A DNA stretch of 54,465 bases, filler included, from Jimgerdemannia flammicorona (Eukaryota): assembly GCA_003990765.1 (NCBI GenBank). It is 2 parts of 2 records of this genome, joined end to end, with 100 filler letters (N's around TTAATTAATTAA, not from the genome) between each part and the next. Parts side by side here need not be neighbours in the genome. Positions count along the whole stretch, not along the records: positions 27,285 to 54,465 come from RBNJ01000655.1; 1 more part is not named here. One strand, given 5' to 3'. The notes under the pieces are model-generated. The model was not told the origin of the DNA. It made no database searches and worked only from the letters and a program-made list of their open reading frames with translations. Both the position numbers and the translations under genes were made by a program. Below, in pieces: positions 43,935 through 54,465 of this stretch. Position 1 is the stretch's first letter. Each line of letters starts with the position of its first letter.

Positions 43935-44110
43935 TCTAAATTACTCAATCTGAATTACTCAATTTAAATTACTTAATCCAAATTACTCAATCTAAATCAC
44001 TTAATCTAAACCACTCAATCTGAACTACTTAATCTGAATTACTCAATCTGAATCATTCAATCTGAATTATCCAATTTAAATTCTTCAATCTAAATTCTTT
44101 AATCTGAATT
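43935..44110 (+). repeat. 15-bp tandem repeat (AATYACTCAATCTGA-like, ~11 copies)
   Basis: Direct periodicity; unit length is a multiple of 3. Confidence 0.85.
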
Positions 44111-45020
44111 AGTCAGGATCTAGAACACTTTGTCCTCAACTATCAGAAGCTCATTAAAAGAGCCTACCAGTCTATCAGCTACTTAGAGATCTGATATAAA
44201 TATAAAATTAATTATTATATCTGCCAATACTATTATAGCCTCACTATAGACCAAATTTCTATCTGGACTAGTCTGAATAGATATGAATAGAGACTTGCTA
44301 AGAAGATCTATCAAATTTTCTAATATACTTCTTATATAATCTCCAATCTCAACTTTATATGAATCTCAGATATTCAGAATCTCTTCTATTCTGAAGTAAA
44401 TGAACTGGAAGTAAGAATAGCTATTGAGATCTACTTCTGAATCCCTCTTAAGACTAAAAACTATAAATCTCATTAAAGCTTCATACTAAATAACAACTCT
44501 AACTAATAGATTAAAGATCTCTCTGATCTATTTAAAGGACAATATATATATATATATATATATCTCAAGAAATAAAAATCAAGTTCCTTATATAGATAGT
44601 ATCAACTATATCAGATAGTGATCTCTAACCTCTTTCCAAATAATCTCAGATTAGTAAGAGAACTCCACAACTCTGGACTAGTAAGAACTATTTATAAATC
44701 TTATTGATTTTTCTACTCTTGATATTGATACTCCTACTGATCTATATACTAACTAGAGAGATACTGATAATGAGGGTAAGAATGATATCATTTCTCTAAT
44801 CCTTAACTTCAAGATAGGTAAAACAGAAATTAATATAGATGTTAATTTCTAAGAAGAGAGAAATATAATAATAATTATATCATAATATACTATAAATAAT
44901 AATCATATAATCTAATGAGTGAAAGATACATAAATGAAATAAATAAGATAAATATAAAATAAAATACCAAACCCTCTGAACACTAGAGTCTATATCAGTA
45001 CTATTGTAACTATATTATTT
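44111..45020 (+). mobile_element. 3' relic of another gypsy element: ORF3 homologue, PPT-like tract, decayed LTR
   Basis: YKIN..I...TSLNRYE*RLAKKIYQIF...ISDIQNL. Purine tract AAGAAGAGAGAA at ~44850 followed by TATAAT (decayed TGTAAC). Confidence 0.5.
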
Positions 45021-45267
45021 AATCAATATATTACCAAAAGTATTTATCTTGATTATAAAATCAAAGTAATTATCTTAAATATAAAAGTTAGTTATTTTGT
45101 AAGTAAATAACTAAGCAGTTATATACTAAATTAGTCATATATATTTAGTCAGAAAACTGTAAAATTTACTTAGTCAATATATATAAATATTCTAGTAATA
45201 TTCAAAATAAACCAGCTCTTAGTCAAGTATAAATCTCTCTTTATATATATATATATATTCTCTGAGT

Positions 45268-46593
45268 GGTTGATATATATTTTTGGTAGGAAGAGTAATA
45301 GTGCTGAATGTATACTGGCTGCTAAAGCTGTAGTATATAGGGTATCATCTGGACTTTCCAGTGTAAGTAGTCAGACAACTTCTGAAGATAGCAAGATCAT
45401 AGATCTGAGCTAGATAGCAAAGTCAGATTGGATGGGAGATTCTGACTCTGCTTGTTGATAGAGGCAAGCTAGGCTTAGTAAACTTTACCAAATACCTTCA
45501 CTGCCTGAGAGCATAGTGGCTAAAGAGAGCAAGTGAGTTGAGGGGCTAGGAGTGGATATCACTCATACAGAGGGTATAGAAAGTCTGGTATTCTCCTTGC
45601 AAAGCAACTGGTGACCTACTTGCAATAGTGGCCCTGGATAGGAGTAAGAGGATGTGATATAAAGGCTTTTGGTGGGGGGTGGTAGATGGTGTAAGGAGAA
45701 TTAGACTTCAGTGACAGAGTGATGAGAGAGAGGAGGACTGGGACCCATGGATGTGGTAATGGGATAGACTATTGCTGGGAGATATATTGGTGGAGGATTT
45801 CCAGCTTAACAATAGAATAGATTGTATGTGGGGCCTAAGGGGGGACCTATGGCCTATAGTATGGCAGAGAGTGGGGATTGGTAAGGAGTGAGACTGAAAT
45901 AGTCTTTAATCTTGGAGTAAGCAGGTGATGTGGTGACTTCCCCCCAAGTTCTGGGTGGTATGGTGGAGGTTTCTGGGACAGAATGTGATATTGAACTATC
46001 AGTCTGGGCACTTAGTGGTAGATGACACTTTTGAGTATAAGGAATATATAGATGTTGGCCAGGAGGAGAGAGTGGTACAAATGCTGAAATATTGGCTTGG
46101 TGAGTGTGAAGTTCTGGAAGAGTTTGGTACTACATTGTGAACCAGTTAGGACTATAGGCCCTGGTGGGGGGGGGAGAGGGGAGAGATAGGGGGATCTCTA
46201 CCAAAAGCTAGTGGGTGAGGTTGAGGATGAATAGTTGACCTTGGACTGGGTTCTGGCAATTTGAGTTGGGCTGGCCAGACATTGGCTGTATGTATTTGAG
46301 GAGGGTCAGTAGGTTGAGGTTAGGGCTAAGGTAACATAATAAGAATGGTTAATACTTGATATTTTGAATAGCTGGTAAAGAGGGTAGAGATCAGATGGGG
46401 GGGGCTGATAGAGTTTGGTAAATTATATTTATCAGAAAAGTGGAGAGAGGGTTTGGATAGTAGGTAGATGAGTTATTCTCTAATAGGAAGAGATAGAGGA
46501 TAGAGAAAGAGATCTGAGGATATTGGGTGAGGGGTGGGGGGGTGAAATTGTATTATTATTTATAGATTGAGATAATAAAGAGAAGTCTGAGTG

Positions 46594-46605
<12 letters not shown>
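45268..46605 (+). mobile_element. 5'-truncated LINE with A/TA tail and TSD
   Basis: VLNVYWLLKL*YIGYHLDFP through the 3' UTR AATAAAG...GTGATTATAAAAAAA. (TA)nTTCTCTGAGT occurs on both sides, ending at 45267 and 46645. Confidence 0.88.
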
Positions 46606-46638
<33 letters not shown>

Positions 46639-46931
46639 TCTGAGTTTCTTAGTAATAAACTCTAAGTTACTCTAATATTTCTAACTAAACTTCAGAAGCC
46701 TAGCTAACTTCTATCAAAATTAAGAATTAATATATATATAAATTAAAAAAAAAAAATTCTTTAAAACTGAATTATAAAAGATTCAGTCTGTGTATAGTAA
46801 GAATAAGTCCCTTATAACTATAGTTACCAAAGAAGAGTAATACTTTATTTCTACTATAAAGAAATAATACTTCTTTAATCTTAGTAAATACTACTAAGTA
46901 AAAGAACAATTAAAAAGACTTCTTAATATAT

Positions 46932-47389
46932 TGTAACAGTATAGCCAGATTCAGAAAAAGGAAATAGAGAACAGACACTTAATCATACCCAGTCCCAAAG
47001 TAGTATAGCCACATAGTTAGCAGTCCCCAATTTTGCCATTTGCTAAATATTTCACAAAGTGCAAGATCGAGTTTCTCGATATAGTATAGCATTTCACAAC
47101 TGGCAAAATATTTTGCAAAGTATTAATGACTCATAACCTAGCCACATAACTCATCTCATAGCTAGCAAACTTGTATAAATAACCCAGTATCTTCGAGTGA
47201 ATAAACCTCAGATCGAAATAGTTTAAAACAAAGAGATAGCAAAGGAACTAGTAAGCCTGTGGGCAGATACACTTTGAACTCACCCACTCTCCTCTGCAAC
47301 TCAAAGGACTCTGAGGAGTCAGAGAAGATCAAGTTTTCAAGATATAGAAATCCGATATACTTTTAAGAGTAAGCATCCACTATGTTACA
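46932..47389 (+). repeat. 5' LTR of family B
   Basis: TGTAAC...GTTACA; ~92% identical to 52219-52677. Confidence 0.95.
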
Positions 47390-50300
47390 ACTTGGTGCCT
47401 ATTGGCTGGTGATTCAAGACGAATCCCTCACTTTCAAGCTGAACAATGAACAACCACCACTACTTGAACAACCACACAAACCAAGCCCCAATACTCAGAA
47501 AAGATGGATATGAGACCACCAGTATTCCATGGATATACTTCAGATGAATCAATCATCATCTTCATTGATGATTTCGAGCAGTATACCACTGTAAGGACCC
47601 TGACAGCAGCACAGCAAGTAGCCCTCATGTCCTTCAGCCTACAAGGTCCTGCCAGAGCAGCATTCACAGCCGCAACCTATGTAGGAAATGATGCCGATGC
47701 TATACTGACAGTACAAAAGACCTAGCTCTGAAATATATATTATACAGATGAGATCAAGCAAGCCCTGAAGGATCAGCTCAATACAACATGCCAAGGAATG
47801 AGCGAGGATCCAAATATATTCTATACTAGAATTCAATATCAGATAATCCTTGCAGATTATGCTGCTGCTATCCGAGATCAAGTAGCCGAAGCAATCTTCA
47901 TGAAAGGAGTCCATCCAGAAATAGCCATGGCTATCTGCTTATCACCAGTAATTCTGGATCTACCACAAAAGGTCACCTATGCTCAGCAATACTGAATAGC
48001 CAGACACCCACAAGACTATACAATGGAGAGAGTTATACATAGGAGTCAGAATCGAGGCACCTAAGTCAACCAGTGTGATTCCCACCACTATGATCAATCG
48101 AAACACACCTCAGCCCAAAGCTACAGAGCAGCAAAAGAACAGTGACCCTATGGAGGAACTCACCAAAAGGTTTGCTGAAATGACTGCCCACCTAGGAGAT
48201 GTGGTAAAGGAAATTCAAGGAAGAGATCGCTGCCCTGTTCAGAAGTTTGCTGCCACTTCAGACAAGAAGAAAGGTACCTGCTATAGCTGTGGAGAAGAAG
48301 GCCACTACTCCTATGAATGCATGAGTGAAACCAAGCACAAGGCTCAACCAAGCAATGCTACATGAAACAAGGAGCAGGCCAATACAATCACTTTTAAAGA
48401 AATCAGAGAATCTGATGAAGAGGAATGGGCAGCCTATCTTGCTCAGACTACCAAGAAGGATGTTTGCAAAGAACCCTACAAGAGACTGCCAGGAAGACCC
48501 AAGAAGAACCCAGTGGAAAAGTAGATGGAAACTGCTATAGAAAGCCAAGCCGAAGAGATGGACCAAGATATGGAGCTGGAGCAAGCAGTTCAAGATATCA
48601 TCCGAGGGACTACTCTAGCCAGTAAAGGAGAAAAAGAAAAGAAGCTTTGCAAGACCAAGACCTTCAAGTATGATATCTTCAAGGACCTCAGTCAGCAAAA
48701 GGTCAATGCAACCTTTGGTCAGCTTGCAGAAATCCCAACATTTAGATAGCAAATGAGGTTTGGACTTGCCAAAACAACTAAGGAATAAGAATGGAAGATA
48801 ACTGAGGCCAATAATATTCAAGAGGACTCAGGAGAAGAAAGTAAGGACAATCACAAAATCTCTGCTTATGCAACATGCCAAATCGAAGATAGAATCTTTG
48901 AAGCCATCATTGATATAGGAGCAGGAGGATGTCTCCTCAGCAAGAAGGCAGCAGACCACCTAGGTTGGGATGTGGAAGAAGCAACTAAGCTGGTGTTCAT
49001 CACAGCCGATGGCACAAGAGCCACACCTCTGGGAAAGATCCGAGATGTTCCCATCAAGATTGGAGGAGCAACCATCCCAGTAGATGTAATTGTAACCAAT
49101 GCCACTAACTATGACATCCTCATTAGCAATCAATGGCTTCATAAAGCCAAGGCAGTAATCGATCTCAATGCCCAGAAGATGCAGATCACCTACCGGGGAC
49201 AGAAGATATGAATTTCCATCAATGTCAATAAAGGAGTCCTGCCTGATATGGAGGAAGAAAAGAGCAAGCAAGAAGAAGCTTATATGGTGACTACTCCAAA
49301 GAAGAAGAAAGTTGGATAGATAAGTAAAGAAGAATGGTGCAAGAAGATCACAGAAGGTTATGCCCCACAAGGAGTCTGTTCTCATGGAATCAAGATGTAA
49401 TGTATAGAGCATGTCAATGATTGCTAGAAAGCTCAACATGGTTACCAAAAAGGATCGCCAACTACTGCCTCTTATCAATAATATCCTCATAACACTGGGA
49501 GACAAAGTACAGTATTACAGCACTTTGGACTTATACTCAGGATTCCACCAAATCAGACTCATAGATATGGCAAGTAAAAAGTCAGCTTTTATCACCCCAG
49601 ATGGAACCTACATCTACCTATGAATGCCATTTGGAATGTGCAATGCACCAGCAAGTTTCCAGCGAATGATGAACAAAATCTTCCACTATAATATGGGAAG
49701 ATAGATGATAGTCTATGTTGATGATGTAATCATCTACAGCCAGACACCAGAAGAACACCTGTAGCACATCTGGTAGATAATAGAAAGACTGAGAAAGCAT
49801 GGCCTATACATCAAGCCCAAAAAATGCAAATTCACAGAAATCGAGATCTCCTATCTTAGCCACATCATCAACTGAGATGGAACACACATGGACCCCCTCA
49901 AGATACAAGCAGTGGCAGTATACCCAAGACCCACTACTGTTACAGAAGCCCAAGCCTTCATGGGACTTGCCTCCTATTATCGCAGATTTATTAGAGGATT
50001 TTCTAATATTGTGGGACCAATCTATGAACTTAACAAGAAGGATACCAAGTTCCAGTGGACTGGCAGACAACAAAAAGCATTTGATGAACTCAAGGTCAGA
50101 CTGACCCAGGCACCCATCCTCAGAAGACCTGACTGGACTTAAGAATTCATCCTACAGACTGATGCAAGTGCACAAGGACTAGGAGCAGTCCTAGCTCAAA
50201 AGAAAGATAAAGTAGAGTATGTCATCACATACCTCAGCCACGGAACCCGAGGAGCTGAAAAAGAATATGAATCCTACAAGTTGGAATGCCTCACAGTCAT

Positions 50301-51719
50301 CTAGGCTGTAGAAAAGTTCCACTACTACTTGGCTGGAAGACACTTCACCATCCAAATGGACCACTTAGCTCTCACCTGGCTACTGACAATCAGACAATCC
50401 AAAGGAATCTATGCCAGATGGATAATGAAGTTGTAAGCTTATGATGTAACCATTGTACACTACTCTGGAAGAACCGATGCCAATGCAGATGCTCTCTCGC
50501 AGACACCCCGAACTACCTTCAACCAACAAATCAATTATGAATAAGGAGCTCTACTATGGAATTATCACATATCTGGGACAGCGAAAGATGCCCCAACATC
50601 TGGAAGAATGGACACAAAAGATTATCAATAGAACATGGAAATAATTCGAAACTGATGGAGAAATACTGAAGAAAGGAAAACTACTAGTCATACCAGAATA
50701 CAAGAAGGAGCAAGTGATGAAATCAGTACACGAACTTGGCCATCTAGGAGGAACGAATACATATGACAAGGCAAGAAGAACAATATGGTGGCCAGAGATG
50801 GAGGAAGATATCAGGCAATTCATCAAGACCTGTGACAAATGCCAGAAACAGAAACAAGACCAATGAAATCAAGCTCCAGGATCAGTACACATAGAACCAG
50901 TACCATTTGCCCATATTGTAATGGATATAATCAGCCCTCTACCCTTGACTTTGGCTGGCAACCGATACATCATTGTCACCATAGACCTTTTTACAAAATG
51001 GATAGAAGCAGGACCCCTTATGGAAGCCAATGTATAGTCAATTGCCAATTTCTTCCACAAAGAAATCATCTGCTGGTTCAAGACCCCAACACAAGTAACT
51101 ACAGATAGAGGAACGGAATTTGTGAACTAGTTCTTTGAAGTTCTTTATAAGAAGTATAAGATCCAGCATATTCAGACCACAGCATATCACCCTCAAGGAA
51201 ACGGACAAGTAGAAAGGACCAACAAAACCCTCAAGAACGTTATTGCCAAGATCTGCAATAACTATGAGAACTGGGATCACTATCTGCCAATAGTATTATC
51301 TGCTCTCTGGGATATCTGATCACAAAGTACCCACTTTACCCCTCGAGAAATGCTGTTCAGAGAAGAATGTTCTCAGGGAACCTTATCATCCAATAGAGAT
51401 ACTGTATGGAAACATATGGATATAGAAATATGGAGGCTATACCAAATCAGGAAGAAGGCTGAGGATTACATAACCAAGGTGCAGACACTACAATGGAGGA
51501 ATGCGGAAAAGACCCACAAACTCTTAGAGATTATCAAGATAGGAGATAAAGTCCTAGTGTATTAGAATATGGTAGAAGCTTCATGGTCATGAAAACTGGA
51601 GCCCAAGTAGGAAGGATCTTATCTTGTGCAAGATATAAAAGGGACCACCTTTTGGCTATAAAAACCCTCAGGCACAATAATCTCCACCACCATTCACTGA
51701 AACTGACTCAAGAAATATC

Positions 51720-52196
51720 ATGGCCAGTAACAAAAGTACTGTGATGGTACTCAAGATCACTAGTGCTGCCCAAAGAGCCATTGAGAGACAATGGTGCACC
51801 ACCAAGCCTCCAACCATAGAGGAGTCTTATGACAGTATCCAAAGCATCATGCAGACTCATCTCTCTCAGATCTCACACTTCAAGACCTATCAGCATCAAA
51901 ACGAATTCCAAGAGTACTTCAAACTTGGCCAAGTACTCAACCAAGACCCAGAAATGACCAAAGAAAATTGGATCACAGAATGCCAGCTCTCCTATTCCCA
52001 GATCACCATTGCTAAGAGAATCCACAAGCTATTCTGAGAGGATGAACCAGCACTAGCCCACCTGTGAGGAGTGACTCCCTCAGACTTCAACCGAGTCAGA
52101 TGACACCATTGGGAAACAGTAATGTAACAAATCGCACAATACAAGACCATACAGACCATTGAAGCCTGGGAGTTTGAATAGATGCTTCAAGGATAA
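51720..52196 (+). pseudogene. Extra ORF (ORF3) downstream of integrase, family B
   Basis: ATG overlaps the integrase end. The frame continues through TGA/TAA/TAG codons explainable as CGA/CAA/CAG decay. Confidence 0.7.
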
Positions 52197-52218
52197 GATC
52201 ATCTATTCAGGAGGAAGT

Positions 52219-52677
52219 TGTGATGGTATAGCCAGATTTGGAAGAAGGAAATAGGGAATAGACACTTGATCACACCCAGTCCCAAAGTAGTATAGCCACA
52301 TAGTTAGCAGTCCCTGATTTTGTTATTTGCTAAATATTTCACAAAGTGCAAGATCGAGCTTCTCAATATAGTATAGCATTTTGCAACTGGCAAAATATTT
52401 TGCAAAGTATTAAATGACTCATAACCTAGCCACATAACTCATCTCATAGCTAGCAAACTTATATAAATAACCCAGTATCTTTGAGTAAATAAACCTCAGA
52501 TCGAAATAGTTCAAAGCAAAGAGATAGCAAAGGAACTAGTAAGCCTGTGGGCAGATACACTTCGAACTCACCCACCCTCTCCTGCAACTCAAAGGACTCT
52601 GAGGAGTCAGAGAAGATCAAGTTTTCAAGATACAGAAATCCGACGTACTTTTAAGAGTAAGCATCTGCTACATTACA
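52219..52677 (+). repeat. 3' LTR of family B
   Basis: TGTGAT...ATTACA; direct repeat of 46932-47389. Confidence 0.95.
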
Positions 52678-53255
52678 ATATATATATATTAAGTTTCTAA
52701 ATAATATCTTATTATCCAAGTTATCTAAAGATATAAAGGAATTGAAATAAGTATTATTAAACTAAGTATTTTTATCCTCTAAGAGAGTAATATTACTTTT
52801 ATTATTAGTATAAAAGTATTTTTTTAATTAAAATTATAGATATTCTATTAATAGTAAACCTAATACTAGTTACTTATATAAATATTACTTATATAAATAT
52901 TATTTATATAGTAAATATATTATTATTAATATATATTAATTTAATTACTATCAAACTTTACTTAATTATACTTTTGATCTCTTTCATCTTATTAGTCTTA
53001 TTGATCTTATTGATCTTATTTGACCTTATTGATCTTATTTATTATATTAACTTTTTAATTTCATTTTATTATTAATCTTATTTATTATTAATATAAGTTT
53101 TAAAAGACTTTCTCTTTATTATAATTATTCTACTATCTAAGTAGACTTCTTTATTATTATACATAATTATCTCTACTATTTTGATAAGTTTTTTTTTTTT
53201 TATATTAATTATACTTATAGTAATAAAAATATTATTATAGTAATTACTATTATTC

Positions 53256-54465
53256 AGGGCAGGTGTCAATCCTGAATGTATATTGGTTTCCCAAGCTATG
53301 GTATGTGGTATATCACCTTGACTTCCCAGTGTGGGTGGTGAAGAAGCTGACAAAGGTGGCTAGGGATTGGATTTGGGCAGGGAGGAGGTCCCAGGTTAGT
53401 TGGGATACTCTTGCAAGACCAGTAGTCAGGAGAGGCCTTGGCCTGGTGGACTTCCCTAAGAGGCTGCACTGCTTGTGAGCTTGGTGATTGAGGAGAGCAG
53501 TAGACCTACAGAGAGGAGGTTGGGTGCCTCTGCTACAGAAGGTGTGGGAGATGTGAACATCCCCTTGAGGGTCCTCCGGAGATCTGCTCTCTTTGGTGGG
53601 ATTGGATGGAATTTAGAGGCTACAGTTCAAGGGCTTCTGGTGGGGAGTGGCTGATGGAGCGCACCAAATTGGCCTGTGCTGGCAAGACAATGAGGAGGAG
53701 GTGGTATGGGGGCCTAATATGTGGCATTGGGATAGACTGCTCCTGGGGGGTGCTCTGCTGGCTATGTTTGATATTGGGGAGGGAGTGGAGTGTCAGCAGG
53801 GGCTTGGCCAGGATCTTTGGCTGAGTGGCTGGCAGGCAGCAGAGATCGGCAAGGAGTGGGACTGGGCAGGTATCTGGTCTTGGAGTGCAGAGGTACAGAG
53901 GTGGCTTCCTCCCAAGTTCTGGGTGGTATAGTGGAGAATGTTGCAGAGGAATGTTATGCTGAATTTCCACACAGGGCATTTGGTAGAGGGTGGACAATTC
54001 AAATTTGAGGAGTGTTATGATGTGGGGCGAGCTGAGGGTCATGTACAGATGTCAGAACATTGGCTGAGAGAGTGTGAGGTTTTAGGGGAATTTTGGGCTG
54101 AAATAGGAGATAGACTGGGTGTGGGGAGGAGGCTGGGGGGGGAGGGTGGTCACTGGGTGGACTTGAGATCTCGACTTGTGGGTGGGGTAGGTGATAGTTA
54201 GCTCACTGTAAGGTAGGTATTAGCAGTATGGGTGGGACTGGCAGGACATTGGCTTTTTGTATTTGAGGAGGGATAGTGGTTGGGGCTGCGGGAGAAGGTG
54301 TTAAGGTGGGAGGGGCTATTGGGGGATCTGCTGACTGGATGGTGGGTGGGTTGGGGTCCTCAGGGGAGTCGACATCACCATTTGGTGGTAAGGATCTGTG
54401 AGCAGAGTGGTGGGAGAGTAGTGATGGTGTTAGATAAAGTAGTCTTTTATTGGGAAGGGGTAGGG
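53256..54465 (+). mobile_element. 5'-truncated LINE (ORF2 C-terminal region), runs off the window end
   Basis: Closely matches the reverse complement of 1-1197. Confidence 0.93.

Larger units (their letters stand above)
46932..52677 (+). mobile_element. Ty3/gypsy family B, two-LTR element (gag, PR, RT, RNase H, integrase, extra ORF), inactivated
   Basis: CYSCGEEGHYSYEC; AIIDIGAG; YVDD; TDASAQGLGAVL; HELGH...CDKC; TDRGTEF; PQGNGQVERTN. PBS-like TGGTGCC at 47393; PPT at ~52208-52218; ATAT flanks. Confidence 0.96.

Noticed and set aside
47390..47410. Assigning primer tRNAs to the PBS-like sites (TGGTGCC..., TGGTTCAC...)
   Set aside because: Cannot be assigned without the host tRNA set, and the sites are mutated.
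52680..53250. AT-rich segment with short GATCTTATT repeats, probably continuous with 46646-46931
   Set aside because: Likely an old repeat split by family B, but no family could be identified.

Overview
Eukaryotic DNA, most likely fungal. An early-diverging, Mucoromycota-like host is only an inference from gene and transposon style. About 85% of the window is nested, decayed transposons around one clear host gene: a 14-exon DEAH-box helicase DHX35 orthologue (minus strand, 36856-40652, 690 aa by manual splicing). A few small CpG-rich ORFs lie in unique islands. The transposons are: seven pieces of G-rich L1/Tx1-like LINEs (two long copies, 5'-truncated copies with poly(A) and TSDs, and a 5' stub) plus a poly(A)-only footprint; four Ty3/gypsy families (A-D) and a 3' relic of a fifth; a hAT-like element with TIRs and an 8-bp TSD; a Tc1/mariner transposase relic; a pogo-like end; and a Ty1/copia RNase H fragment. 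There is one scaffold gap. Highlights: (1) an unnamed ~150-aa ORF between integrase and PPT, shared by three divergent gypsy lineages; (2) dUTPase in three gypsy families at two different polyprotein positions; (3) transition-only (C>T/G>A) hypermutation confined to repeats; (4) a tandem gypsy junction sharing one LTR. All alignments and counts were done by eye.
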